Position numbers and translations under genes: made by a program | Shown here: piece by piece, positions 50,096 to 63,755 of the stretch | Layout: each line of letters starts with the position of its first letter | Numbering within the stretch: the first letter of the stretch is position 1 | Source: Camelus dromedarius | Lineage: Eukaryota | DNA length: 64,000 bases | Reading direction: 5' to 3' | Assembly: GCF_036321535.1 (NCBI RefSeq) | Contig: NC_087437.1 | Coordinates: 42,224,001 to 42,288,000, forward strand | Notes under the pieces: model-generated | The model's database searches: none | Seen by the model: only the letters and a program-made list of their open reading frames with translations | What the model was told of the DNA's origin: nothing

Positions 50096-53000
50096 CTATA
50101 GCAGACAAACAGGGAGAGAAAAATCCATACGGGCGAGACAGAGATTGGAATTATGCAAGCCTGGGAACCCCTCACCACTAGCAGCCAGCAAGCAAGAGAG
50201 AAGGGAGGATTCCACTACAGGTTCCTGGGGAGCAGCGCCCCACTGTGTATGGCAGACAACGGGCTGGACATGGTAGCAATCTTCACTGCTACTGGGGGAG
50301 GAGGCACCTACCTTTTATAGGGGCATTGATGTCAGGGGGGCTCAGCAATTAGCAGGGACTAATTAAGCCACATAATTAAGAGGATTGGGTTCTCATGTGA
50401 GTGAAGCAGGGACTGACCGAGCAGGGGGGGGAGAGAGCAAGAGGACAGCCACTTTGAGGGGCCTGGCCGTTCAGCAGTAGATACTCAGAGTAAAATGGAA
50501 TACGAAGTATTTCACCCTTACCTGTCCATGAATTACCCTTTTCTCCAACTCCATTATTAACAGTTTTTAATGTATCTTTCCGCTGAGATTCCATGCATTT
50601 AAGTATTACATGTAAAATATTTATCTCATGTACATGACAGACAAAAATGGTTACATACTCTGTACATCATTCTGCACCTTGTTTTTATCCATGCCTGTGT
50701 CTTGGGGGCTCATTCTGTAACCATAGTACATTTCCCTTGCTGTACAGTGTCCTATTGTACAGATACATCATGACGTAGTTAACCAGTCCCCCGTAGACAT
50801 GTATCAGGTTGCTGCCAATGTTTATCTTTATCACAAATGATGCTCTAAGGACCACCTCTTCCTTATCTCTTCATGAGGCTCTCTCTTTGCCACCCTATTT
50901 ATAACTGCAGTCTCCTGCTTCCCACCCTGTCCGTCCCTATCTTGCTCCCACACTTTGTTTTTCCTCCAAGCACTTCAAGCTTTCTGGCATTCTATATAAT
51001 TTACTCCTTCATTACTTGTCTTCACCATCTAGAGTGTAGGCTCTATAAAGACATATTTTTGTCTCTTTCGTTTGCAGCGGAACCCCTTGTACCTGAGTGC
51101 CTGGAGCACAGCTAGTCCTCGAGTAAGTATTTATTGAATAACTGAATGTTTTAATTAAATCCCACAAAAGATAAACATACATGATAAATAAAAGGTACAA
51201 CATAACTTCCCTTCAAGGCAAAACAAGACATGGTTCCCAGACTCATCAGTCATTTGTTCTGTTTGTCTTGTATTAATTTTTTACATTATGCCAAATGAGA
51301 TGAGTATATTTTAATTTGATCCAGAGTTGATATCTTCTGTGAATCCAGGAATGTCTCAATTTAATTCAGCCTCTTTGACCAGGGATAATGTTTCCTGATC
51401 TTTCTGAATTAAGCCAGATAGTGGGGACTTAACTAAGTCTCGGCATCCTTGTATGTGGTGGCTCTCCTATACTGATGGTACTATTAACATGCAGGTTCTT
51501 CCACAGCTGTGCATTCTCAATCTCCAGAAGAGCACGTCACTGTGGTATTGTTTCTGGTAATTAGAGAGGGTGCAGAAATCTCCAGTTATCTTGAGGTAGT
51601 CAGTACACGTTTAATTTGTCCCAATTAGCTTCATACAGAGTTAAGACGTGGTAACTTGTGTCCTCTTGCAGAGGGATCAGTCTGCATTTCAGTCAGGCTC
51701 TGGCACTGCGTTTAAAGGTAAAATGTCATCGGCAAATTGTTCACTGGAAGGGAAGACGCAGATGCTCTATAGAAAAATAAAAATAGATGGAAACAACATG
51801 CTAGGTTGCCCCAGTTGCCCAGAAGAGCACTAGTGAGATTCCTGGAGGTTCTCTCCATTCTATAGCCAAGTCAGGGACCAAGAGGTAAACACATCTTGAA
51901 AAATTCTTCAAAATCGAAAGGGCTACATGAGGCTCCTGTCAAACAGCTCCCCCCTCAATGCTCAGGGCCTCTTGTGCCCTGTGGATGGGGGCGTCTGCCC
52001 AGTGACTGCCAGTTCCTAGGCTCCCACATCGCATCTCACCCCAGCAGCCTGGCACTGGGAACAGACAACAGATCTGACCAGTGTCTGAGGCCACACTAGT
52101 CTAGAGATGCCTGCTGCATTGGGAAAGTCATCTTTTGTCATCTCTGCAAGAGCCACACCCTGGCCCCCACACACCAGCTCAGCAGCCTGCCTGGTGTCCC
52201 TGGTTGGGAGGCCAGGTGGTGTGAGGATTAAGCCAACAACCGCAGGGGCTCAGGCCGCCTGGGATCAGATCTTTGCCTGCTACTTCCTAGTGTGTCTGTC
52301 TGGCTGGTTTGCTAAGGGCTCCGTTCCAGCTTCAGCACCCGTGAAGTCAGAATGTTAATGGTACCTACCCCAAAGGTTGTTGGGAGGATGAAATGAATTA
52401 TTCATGACTGGCTTCCTGGGTGCAATTGGTAAACACGGCTGTAACCTTTCTAGCTATAGAAAGAGTTAGGGTGGACGCCATAGCCTGCTCATCCACTCGA
52501 GAATTAAATCCTAGTTAGCCCTAAGTATGATTGTATTGGCAGTGATAGATGTGGAATTCCAGAAAACGTCACCCAGAAAGACTAAGGAAATACACTTGAG
52601 TGGTCTAGACAAGCTGCATTAACACTCAAGGATTAATGAGATAAGAAATGTGAAGTATTCAGCACGTCCCTGACATGTGAAACCCCCAGTACATGGCAAT
52701 AATTGCTAAAGTCAGGAAAACGTAACAGAAAGTGGGTGACATTAATTTTAATTATATATGTACATTAGCATTATTTTCTTTATTTAGGTTATTATTTACA
52801 TACATTAAAACCCATCAATTCTAAGTGAGCAGTTTGATTAATTTTGGTAATAATATACAATGTGTCACCATCACCACCATCATGATATAGAAGGTTACTT
52901 TGCCTTAAAAAGTTGCCCCATCCTCTTTTCCTGAGTTCTGCTTTGAGACAGCTGATAGAGTTTTATGGCCTTTCTAACATCAACTCTCTGGGTGATTTTA

Positions 53001-53280
53001 GGAAAGTCACTTTACGTCTCTGGATGTGTTTCTGCTCTTGTAAAATGAAGAATATTGGCACAGGTTTGTTTCCAGGGGCTCTTGTAATGCTTCAGAGGAT
53101 GAGCAGGTAGGGCGTGGGCAGCCCTGAGTCCCTGCTCTTGGTGTAGCACGTGCACGTGGCAGACCCTGGTGGGTAAAACCTGTGGTCACAGCAGACAGAC
53201 TTGGGTTTCCAGGTCCTCCCTTGGAAGTGTGCAGCCTTTTCTGTACATCAGTTTCCTCATCCTCAGTGTCAAGCTTACCT

Positions 53281-54408
53281 TTGTTAGTTGAGATATAATT
53301 GACCCATAACATGGTGTTTGTTTTAAGTGTACAACATCAGGATTCAGTATTTGTACACATTGCAAAGTGATGCCCACAATAAGTCTAGTTAATATCCATA
53401 CCACACATAGTTATAGAACTTTTAAGATCTACACTCTTAGCAACTTTCAAATATACAATACAGCATTGTTAACTATAATCACTAAGCTGTACGTGACACC
53501 CCCAGGACTAATGTACCTTAAAACTAGAAGTTTGTTTCCTTCGACCACTTTCAGCCATTTCCTACCCTCCTCCCCAACTCCTGGCCTCTGGCCACCACCA
53601 ATCTGAGTTTGGGTTTTCTAAAAAAATTTTTTTAGGTCTACATATGAGATCACACAGTATTTGTCTTTCTCTGGCTGACTTTAGCATCATGCCTTTAAGG
53701 CATTCACTTAGCATAATGCCTTTAAGGTCCATCTACGCTGTTGCAAATGGCAGGATTTCCTTCTTTTTGTGGTTGCATAATATTCCACTGTATACATACA
53801 CACCACATTTTCTTTATCCCATTTACCTACTGGTGGATACTTGTCATTTCCATGTCTTGGCTATTGTGAATAATGCTACAATAACCATGGGCTACAGATA
53901 TCTTTTTGAGATAGTGATTTTGTTTCCTTTGGGTAAGTACCCAGAAGTAGAATTGCTGAGCATATGGTAGTTCTTTTTTTTAACTTTTTGAGGAAACTCC
54001 GTGGTGTTTTCTGTAGTAGCTGCACCATTTTACAGGTCCAACCAACAGTGCACAAGGTTCCCTTTTCTCCACACCCTCACCAACAAATGTTATCTCTTGT
54101 CTTTTTGATAAGAGCCATTCTAGCAGCTGTGGGGTGATATCTCACTGTGGTTTTTTATTTGCATTTCCCTGATGATTACTGATGTTGAGCATCATTTCAA
54201 GTACCTGTTTGACATCTGTATGTCTTCGCTGGAAAAATATCTAATTATTTGCTCTGCCCATTTTTTAATCGGATTTTTTTTTCTGTTGAGTTGTATGAGT
54301 TCTTTATATATTTCGCATATTAATTCCTTATTCAATATACGATTTGCAAATATTTTCTTCCATTCCATAGCGTGCCTTTTCATTTTTTGGTGGCTTATTT
54401 TGCTGTGC
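53281..54408 (-). mobile_element. LINE-1 3' fragment upstream of TNFSF10
   Basis: ORF2 remnant EWKKIFAN...[20 protein letters not shown] plus 3'UTR-type sequence. Confidence 0.85.
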
Positions 54409-54597
54409 ATGAGGTGTGCACGCATGTTAGCTACTCTCCCAGAAATCTCACCATCCTATTACAATAAAAGCAAGGCTCACACCAGTTTCTCCCACACATG
54501 AAGATGTTACTAAACAAATATTTATTAGCAGACAGAAACAACCATATCACCTGTTCTGCAGCTTGAGGAAGTCCCAGTTCTTTGCTCCTCCCAAGAT

Positions 54598-54757
54598 CAG
54601 TGGTTCTCAGCCTTGTCTACCCACTGAAATCATCGAGGAGATTTAAAAACTACTGATCTCCGGGTCCCGCCCCAGAGTTTCTGACATAATTGATCGGGTG
54701 TGGGAGGTTTCAGTCTCCCCAGATGGTGCCAATGTACAGCCGAAGCTGAGAACAGCT
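54598..54757. mobile_element. MER5A-like hAT MITE
   Basis: CAGTGGTTCTCA...CTGAGAACAGCTG inverted termini. Related copies near 11145-11315, 55720-55892, 56590-56722 and 57442. Confidence 0.6.
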
Positions 54758-56391
54758 GACCGAATGGACTGTCACCTCGCATGAAAGGTTCGTTGAAGAC
54801 AGAAGTGACTATATTTCATTGGCTGGATCCTATCATCCTTTTAGCTGGCAGTGGGCAATCAGAATGTTAATTCAGAGCTAAATATAGAACCATCCTTAGG
54901 CCTAGGATGCTGTGCCTAAGGACTGAGTCTAGAACAAGTGATAGCAAACAGCTGGCTGCAGGTCAGATCTGACCCAGCTCTTCCCTCTGTATGACCCACA
55001 AAAGAGTGATTTTTACTTTTGTTTTTTAACTTTTGTATTTTCTAATGGCTGAAAAGCAATCAAAAGGAGAATATCCTTTTGTGACACACGGCAGTGATGA
55101 AAACCCAAGTAGCTCTGCTCATTTGTTTACGTATTGCTTCGGGCTCTTCCTGCATGAAAGGAATGAGCATCACGCAGAAACTGTGGGACTGAGTGGTTGG
55201 GACAGAGACTGTGCCCAGTGCTCTCACGACTTCGTCCCTCCTCCTGCTGGGCGCACTGCACACCTCCGTGGTGCAGCTGTAACTTGATTTGCTTTTTGCC
55301 CCACAAAGCCTAGGAGATTCATCATCTGGAACTTTCCAGAAAGAGTGCTACGCCCTGCCTTAGATGCTTCATTAGATTCCTACGTTTCCTTTGTGGAAGC
55401 AAGGTGAATGCTTCTGAAATATGTTAGCCAATTTATACGCCTTAAATATCACTCATTCCAACAAAGAGACATCATTTCTTTCACTATTAATATGTCACTA
55501 CTTTTCCTGATGGAAGACCAATCTCTGACCTCAGTCTGTGGGTTAGCAGAGCCCATGCTGTGGGCGTGACATGGGTAATAAAAAGTGGTAGCTCCAGGTG
55601 AAGAGGTCAAGCCCGCTAATAAGAATGCCAGAGACCACCAGTGCGTGTCGATTTGTAGTTAGAGTAACAGGACCTAGGGAATAATTTCAACTAACTGATA
55701 CATTTAAAAAAAAATCACACTCTGCCTATGATTCTCAATCTTGGCTGCATATTGAAATCATCTGGACGGTTTTAAAAACATCAGTGCCTAGGTCCCACCC
55801 CGCATCCTTTAAATTAGAAGTTCCACGGGTAGGATCAGGTTTTTGTTAAAAAGATCCCTCAGGTGACTTACGTGCGAGGGTTGAGAACCACTATTCTGTG
55901 ATGAAGCCTCTGAAATAAATTACTGACATTCTAACAGGTAGTCAAGCTAATATTAGACAAGAACATAAAGGAAAAGGAAATAGATGGTATAATCAATATT
56001 AATCTTTTACATAACTTTATTAACATTTCTCAGCCAGCTGCTCTCTACTCACTCCAAGAATGTGTAAATTTACAAACAGAACTAGAGCAAGATTTGAAGA
56101 AACACAACACTTCACTTCTGACTGAACCTTAATCTTTATTGAGCGTTGATGAATTTAATCTCACTCTGGGGCTTTTCCAAGGTGAATTTTTCCCCCAAAT
56201 TACCTGAACTCTTCTACTCTAGAACAGGGGCTGGTAAATGTTTTTTTTGGAAAGGACTAGATAGTAAATATTTAAACTTCTGTTCATCTGTGATCTCTGT
56301 TGCAATGACTCAGCTCTGCCCTTGTAACACAAAGACAGCTATAGCAAAATGAAAACGAATGTGGCTGTGTACCAATAAAACTGTGTTTCCC

Positions 56392-56498
56392 ATAAAAAAG
56401 AATATGAAAAGAAATATACGTATGTATAAATGAATCACTATGCTATACACCAGAAATTAACACAACATGTTAAATCAACTATACTTCAATCAAAAAAA
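56392..56498 (+). mobile_element. Very short L1 3'-end fragment inside a MER58-like MITE
   Basis: Same family sequence as 4805-4906 and 17165-17265. Confidence 0.75.
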
Positions 56499-57956
56499 TT
56501 TTTTTAAAGATCAAAACCCCCCTGCATTTCCCAGAACACAAAGTGGGCCAGACTTGTGCCCAGGGCCTAGACAGCTGACCTCTTATCTAGAGCAACAGCT
56601 CTCCAAGTGTGGCCCCTGGGAGCTTGGGCCCCCACCCCAGCCCTCCTGCATCAGAAACTCGGGGGACAAGCCCAGCAAGTCCTCCAAGTGAGGCTGACGC
56701 GTGCTGAAATCCGAGAGCCACTGCTCCAGAACCATCCTTCTGCGCAGGGAAACCGCCTGCATGGCTTTTAAAAGTACACCCCTGGGCGTTCTTATGCTGT
56801 AGGTCCACCGCAGAGCCTAGGTCTCTCTGCTTTTAAGAATTCCAACAAAATTCTTAAATAAAGGGGCTCATAACAGCCCTACCCAAGCACCAAGCATGTA
56901 ATGCAGGTTTTCTTCCCTCACAGCAACCCTGTGGAGGGAGACTATGTAATAACGCCCACTTTGTTCACTAAAACACTGAGGCTTAGAGAAACTATGTAAA
57001 ATGTCCAAAGTCACATAGCTAGTAAGGGCAGGTCCAGGATTCTAACCTCACTCATTCTAACACCAGGGTAATCAGCTACTTAAGAAAGTGGTTTTGTTGG
57101 ACTGGTTCATCTCCTTTGATTTAAGGGAAAAAAATCTACTTTATGAGAGAGCAAACATTCACTTCTGCTGTAGTCACTTCAGCTAAAACCTTCATCTATT
57201 TTCATTTCCCAGGTTCCTAGATAACTTTTCTACTCTGGACTACAACAAACATTTCCAGAGGAGAGCTCTTTAGAGTTTATAGAATTTTCTTTGTATGTTG
57301 GTGTGACAAATGAATCCACACAATGCTCAGGTAAGCCGAGAAATACTAGCTTCTATAATTAACCCGTTTATTCTCCCGAGGGCTTCATGTTAAGAAGTAG
57401 AGTGGGGGTACTTAAATGTTCATTCTGTTTAATTCTTGATCCAGTGGTTCTCAGCCTAATGCACATTAAAGTCACCAAGAAATCTGTTGAAAAGTGTTGC
57501 TGCCTGAGCAGCTTTAATTAATTAATCTGGTCTTCATCTGTTGCCCCAGTTTTGGGAAATTGTGTTGGGGATGTTGGATATTGAAGGGGACCCGTTACAG
57601 GATGCCCCCCCCACTGCCCCCAGCATTTATGCACCCCCTTCTCTTCACTCACCAAAGTCCCACTTGCTCTCTCTCCTTTCTATCATCCCCTCAGCCACAG
57701 GGGGCTGGGACTTTAATTTTCCCTAACATAGCCTCCGTCTGCCATAGAGCTCCAAGCCTCATGGCCCAGCTGCCACAGGCAGAAGGGCTGTTTTCTAAAC
57801 CATAAGAGAATTTTGGAGACTTGAAACTTCCATACTTGAGTTTTCTTATGCTACTGTGAGGGGAGGGGAGAAGGTGGGGAGTGGGTAAAGGAAAGGAGAA
57901 ATACTCTCTCATAGCTATTGTTTTGCTGCATAATCTTCTTTTGAATGTCAGATTCT

Positions 57957-58084
57957 TTTTTGTGGGGGTGGGAGATAATTAGGTTTAATTATTTATTTAC
58001 TTTGATGGAGGTACTGGGGATTGAACCCAGGGTGTCCTACATGTTAAGTATGTGCTCTACCACTGAGCTATACCCTCCCCACCA
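57957..58084 (-). mobile_element. tRNA-derived SINE (same family)
   Basis: Reverse complement reads GGGGAGGGTATAGCTCAGTGGTAGAG...GGGTTCAATCCCC. TSD AATGTCAGATTCT at 57944-57956 and 58085-58097. Confidence 0.88.
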
Positions 58085-59915
58085 AATGTCAGATTCTGAA
58101 TATAAATTCCTTTGTTCTCTGGAACAAATTATAATCTCCCCATCTCCTCCCATCCTATTCCTACCCCTATTCCACCTCTACCAAGGAAATTGGAGCTATA
58201 GATACAGATACAGACATAGATATACACCCTTGGGTCAGTCCGGAGAGGTAGGGAGTAATTAACACACTCGAAGGCAGAGGAGTAAAACATCGATGTTTTC
58301 CAAAATATTAATTCCATCATGTTCTATGTCTCATGCTTACTAACCCTTTTTTACCAACTAGGAAACAGGGGCTCAGGGAAGTTAATTTGCCTGCCGAGGT
58401 CACACAGTTAATTACCCTCAGAATCAGGACCCGCCCAAGATCTCCCAGCCATTAGGAGCCATACATATACTATATAGTATATGCAGCTATATATAGGGTC
58501 CCTATATCTTGTTCAGCATTTCCTGACTATTCTAGATCCACTGAATTAGAGTTTCTGGCCGCGGGCTTAGGAATCTGCATTTTAGCAAGCACTGATCCCT
58601 TGGAACCTAAAGTTTGGGATGCCTGGTCTAGGGTGAGCCCCAGCCCCTGCTGGGTTCAGTCAGGCCCCACTCATCACCACTAAACCATCATTTCCTACCC
58701 TGGACTTCTAGATGTATGTGAACCAACTATCCACCTTTAAGAAAAGTATTTTTCAAATCCTAGTTTTGCCTCTGTCAAAATGTCAGATTTTAAAACGTAA
58801 GCTCCTTTGGGACACAGGTGAAGTGCCAAGGAAGCATTTTTTTCCGTCTTAAAAGTTTTAGATGTTATGTGAATCTGACACTTTTTAACCATACTTACAA
58901 ACTCTACATCCTGGAGTGAATGAGAAAGATGAGTGACATAACTAGAAGGCGTAAGTCATAGCCAGGCAGGGAAGAGAGAAGAAATGGGAGACAGCAAAGA
59001 AAGGTAAGACTTTCAAAGAAAAGTTGTGTTAACAACTTTCTTATAGACTGGAAATAGAATTATGGTTATGATACGTGTTAAAGGCAGGAAAGACCAACAA
59101 AGCGATGTTAACTGTTCTGGAAGTCAGCATCCTTATCGTGGGGTCAACGAGAAAAATAAGATCCTGAAATATGAAGAAGAGGCCCATTGTGGCCAGGTCA
59201 GGGGAGAAGGGAAGGGGTCGAGGAGGTTAGAGGGGTTGCAGGAGGCAGGGGAGGTCCAGCCCCCTGTATCTTTTGAGGCTCCAAACGTTCCCCCAAATAT
59301 GAAGAAAAGGTTAAATAGGGTTTCACAAATTATGGTATATTTTAAATAATAATTTTAGTAAATCAATGCTTTTAACATAGAAGAAAATGCTGGCTTGTAT
59401 GTCTAAGTTTATATGGAGGTAACATCAAACTTTCCTTTGGAGGTTCTTTGTGAATGTGAAGTCCAAGGGAAACAGCTCTCAGGGCCCTCAGAGCCCTCTC
59501 ATAGGCCTGCGAAGGAGGTTGTGAATAAGATCATGGTCCTCCACTACTTAACACTCATCAAAATCTTCCTTTTGTCTTCAAACAAAGTCTCAGACCTTCA
59601 TCACTCAGTCCATATTGCCTTACCTGCCCATCTAGGGAATTTCTTTAAAAGGTTCATTATTTCCCACACCTAATTTTACAGAGGTTTAGCTCTGTTTGCC
59701 TTTAATTAGAAAGCAAAAACAGAAGCTGTTGCTACTGTGAGTGTCCTATAAAGATTTGTAAAGATTTAAAAAATTTTCTCTCTCATATAAGGATTTTATT
59801 ATAAAAGCTATAATTTCCAGTGTATTTGTAATTAAGACACAGACACCTTGTATTGCTCAAGAAGATTCATCTGGCAGCAGTTTGCTGCATCAGTTTGGGC
59901 CCTGAGTTGCCTTGA

Positions 59916-60384
59916 TGTTACCAACCCAGGTCCTTGGACTCTTTAATTAATAGAAATTATTAAGAGGCCAGGTGAGGAATTCAGGCAAGGCTTTACTGGG
60001 ACTCGTGCCGCAGCATGAGGGAACAAAAACAAATAACAGATACCCCTGCTTGCTCTCCAAGTTGGGGGCAATGTGAGCTGGTCCCTTAAATGAAGTGAGG
60101 GTAGGGGTGGATCTGTGGTTGAACCTGAGGGGTGGCTTAGATGGTCTGCCCATCCCCTTGGTGGTGCTGTGTGCAGGGATCCTGCCCAGTACCGTTTTTG
60201 CTCCTCAGAAGTGGCAGTTGGGCTTTGATCTTTTTGTATCTTGTTGCTCATAATTTGCCCCAACTGTGCTTGCATGCAGTTATTTTTAGTCCCTTATCAT
60301 TTCTTCGTATTCTGTTGCTCAAGATGACATTTGTCAAGGTGCAAACACTGCAGTAAAGGGCCCCAGATCCCAGCCAGTCTCTCA
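59916..60384 (-). mobile_element. ERV1-like solo LTR
   Basis: ~470-bp TG...CA block with LTR-like composition and a minus-strand AGTAAA poly(A)-like signal near 59990. Family not identified. Confidence 0.55.
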
Positions 60385-60751
60385 CTAACACCTATGAGAT
60401 TTCTAGCCTGAGTCAGCAGCATTTTGAGTGGTGGAGTGTGGGTGGGTGGGCAGAGGTGTCCAAAACCTCTATCCAATCTTATATCTGGTATAGGATGGAG
60501 GGAGGAATAAATGATTTGAGAAATACAGAAAACTTTCTGCCTCAATATAATGTAAGTAAACTAGCTAAGGGTCAGAGGCATTTACCTGGGAGTAAATCAA
60601 TGTGCATTCTGTTGTTATATTGATGTCTATCTAAAATATACTGATGTATATTCATTCTTCTGACATTTTCAAGCTGTATAACCTTGACTAAGTTACATTT
60701 TGACCAAGCATTCATTTCCTTATCAATCAAGCAATAGGATTTACTAAGGGG

Positions 60752-61192
60752 TGTTAACTAAGAATTTCAAAATGGAGACCTGGCTGAGACTGAAAAAAAA
60801 AAAATAAAGTGTTTATTTGGGGTTTGTTAGGACTGCTGCCCTGGAAACACAAATCCAAGAAACACATTAATTGTGTTCAGTTGGACCACAAAATGGGGGA
60901 GGCAGAAACCCACAAGGTTACATAATTTATTTGTCTAGAATTAGGATTAGAGCTGGCAAGAAGTAATGGTGCTTGTTAAGCAAGGAGTAGTTGGTATTCC
61001 AAATGATTACATACTTGGGGTGGCGAGGGAAGGGCGTGGGATGCAGCTGCTAGCAGATACTGTTTTGAAAATGGCTGGTGGTGTCCTTGAGTTTGATACA
61101 GTCAAGAAAATTCAAATTCTGAGTGATGCAAGAAGGTGTCTGAAACCTCATCCACGATGGAGAACCATAGTTACTCCATTTTAATTTTTACA
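60752..61192 (-). mobile_element. ERV LTR-like element, copy 1
   Basis: TG...CA bounded, minus-strand AATAAA at ~60812-60817, and colinear similarity to 63033-63460. Confidence 0.6.
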
Positions 61193-62666
61193 TGATGTGT
61201 CGTTAGATCCTTAACAGTGTGATCACTTTTACTTTTTGTTCTCTCATTGCCTGATCATGCAGATGTAATGGACATTCATTTCTTTACCTGAAGGCAGTGT
61301 ATCCAAGACCTCTTCTGACAAGACTTCAATAGGTACAAAACAGAAACTGTTAAACTAGCACCAGCCATTAGCTAACACTTGGGTTTTGGGGGCTTTAGGG
61401 ATGGGGTGTAGGTTGATGTAGATTTCATTATTGTTCCCAATTCTTTATTTCATCCTCTATTCATGCCCTGTGCCACGTGATTTGCAGTTCTTCTCAGCAT
61501 AGAATGTTTCCCTGCTTTACAGATGTTGGGCTTGGTTGTGGAACTTGGCCATTGGAATGTTAGTAGACCTAACACAAGGTGGCTTGAATTACAACTGCAC
61601 AGCTGGTCTTGCTATCTTGACTACTGTCATTTCCATAAGAAGACAAGCCCTGGGTAGTCCAAGGCGGATGAGAGATATATGGAGCTGAGCTAGACTCAGT
61701 TTACATTTTGGGGTCAAGGTCAGCTGAACACAGCCTAGATCAGCTGATTCTCAGGCAACCCACAGACAAGTGAACAAGAATAAATAATTGTTGTTTTAAT
61801 CCACTGAGTTTGGGACCACAGAGCATTATTGTAGCACTGGATGATTAACAGATCATAGGACTGGGCATCACTGAGAATACTTTCAGCTGCAGTGAACAGA
61901 GAATGCTGCTTAAAAGAGCTTCCAAAAAATTTCAGTTGGGGTTTCAGTGTCAAGCAACCAAAGCCAATTTAGACAAATTGAAACATAAAAAGCAACTTAG
62001 TAAAAGGCTATTGGATAGCTAGTATCTTGGTAGGGGTGGGGTTTGCTGGAAACTTAGGTTTGAAGCTGTCAAATCCAAGATCGCCAAAATCTATCCATGC
62101 AGTCATTCTGGTAGCAATATGGCTACTACCACGACAGGATATGCACACCACAGGATATGCACATGCTACACTAGACATCAGATGCTGCTACTTGAGTCAG
62201 TGATACTGCTATTTCTGGGAACTGAACACTGGCTACTGATCAAAACCCACAGAACAAAAATGCTCAGCCTCTGCCTTAGCTCTGTGAAACTTAATGATTC
62301 ACCATTAGGTTCTGATTAATGTGTGCGTTTATGCATCTCTTTGGTGGAGTCTAGAGTATGTTGTACCCTAATTTCAAAGGTGAATGAGAAGGTTCTGAAA
62401 TTCTCAGCTTCTCTAGTGAGAAGTGGGTTATCCACAAAGTGGGGGACTCCTAACACAGGAAGGAGGTTGGGGAGCTAAAGCACAAGATAAATATCTACTT
62501 CAAACACCAGAAGTTATCAGCTCACCTAGCATTGTATCTAGATGTAGGGTGGCTTCCTCAGTGCTTAACCCTGGAAACCCACAGTGTTGTGCAGACAGGT
62601 TCTTTTATCCTCACACTCTTCCACAGTCTGGCTTTATGGTAAGGCTGCTCCCCTCAGAGTTATTTC

Positions 62667-63000
62667 TGTGGTCTGAATATTTGTGTCCCCTGCAAATTTA
62701 AATGTTGAAATCCTAGCCCCTAAATGTGACGCTATTTGAAGATACAGCCTTTGGGAGGTGATTGGGTCATGATGGTGGGGCCCTCATGAATGAGATTAGT
62801 GCTCTTTTAAAAGAGATCTCACAGAGCTCCCTAGCCTCTTCCTCTATGTGAGGACACAGAGAGAAGTTGTGGAATCTGAACATGACAAGGGTCTGCACCA
62901 AAATGTGACCATGCTGGTGCTTTGATCTTGGACTTCCCAGCCACCAGAACTGTGCCCAGTGTGTGGTATTCTGTTATAGTACCCCAAATGGACTAAGACA
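62667..63000 (+). mobile_element. MLT1-type (MaLR) solo LTR
   Basis: TGTGGTCTGAATATTTGTGTCCCC...TTGATCTTGGACTTCCCAGCC...GACTAAGACA. Confidence 0.78.
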
Positions 63001-63032
63001 GCTATGTAACAAATGCCACAGAAACTGAGGCT

Positions 63033-63460
63033 CATTAACCAAAATTTTAGAAACAGAGACCTCATTGAAATGTAAAGGTGTGTATTTGGGGTTTGTTAGG
63101 ACTGCAGCCCAGGAGACTTAGATTCAAGAAGCACTTGAATTGCATTCCACCAGACTACAAAATGGAGGAGGCTTATTAAGGCAAAAACTGTAAGGCTGCA
63201 GTTATGAGCTGTTTATCAAGAATTATAATTAGGAAGAAGTAAGGTGTGCTTTTAAAGTAAGGATTGGTTAGGATCCTTACGGTTGCATAGTTACAAGGGG
63301 AGACCTTGAGACTAGAAGGCTGCAGCTGGCAGGTGTTGTTCTGAATATGCCTGTTGGCATCCTTGGTCTGCACAGCTCAAAGAAAGTTCAAGTTCCAGTG
63401 GCACAGAGCTGTGTCTGAGACTAGGTCCCCAGTGGCCACCTGACTTCATTTTTGTATACA
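63033..63460 (-). mobile_element. ERV LTR-like element, copy 2
   Basis: Shares TATTTGGGGTTTGTTAGGACTGC, ACAAAATGG and further colinear blocks with 60752-61192. Confidence 0.6.
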
Positions 63461-63517
63461 ATTCAGGTGATGACTATGATGACTGCATTATAATTTCAAT
63501 TTGTCATCAGGCTATAT

Positions 63518-63614
63518 CATTTTTTTTTTAATGGAGATACTGGGAATTGAACCCAGGACCTCATGCCTTCTAATAATTCACCATTAGGTTCTACGATTGA
63601 GCTATACCCTCCCC
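63518..63614 (-). mobile_element. tRNA-derived SINE (same family, short tail, altered middle)
   Basis: Reverse complement reads GGGGAGGGTATAGCTCAATCGTAGA...GGGTTCAATTCCC. TSD CAG(G/A)CTATAT at 63508-63517 and 63615-63624. Confidence 0.8.
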
Positions 63615-63755
63615 CAGACTATATGCTTTCTTGTTCATCTCTCAAAGTGAGAAAGACATGCTTCTCCTGCACATTCTCAATCCTTCTGCATCTCTTTTTT
63701 CAACTCTAATAAGGTTAACATATAATAAAATGTGCAGATTTTCAGTATTAGAGTT

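Noticed and set aside
60752..63460. Intact provirus bounded by two LTRs
   Set aside because: The LTR copies are too diverged, no shared TSD is seen, and the interior has no gag, pol or env.
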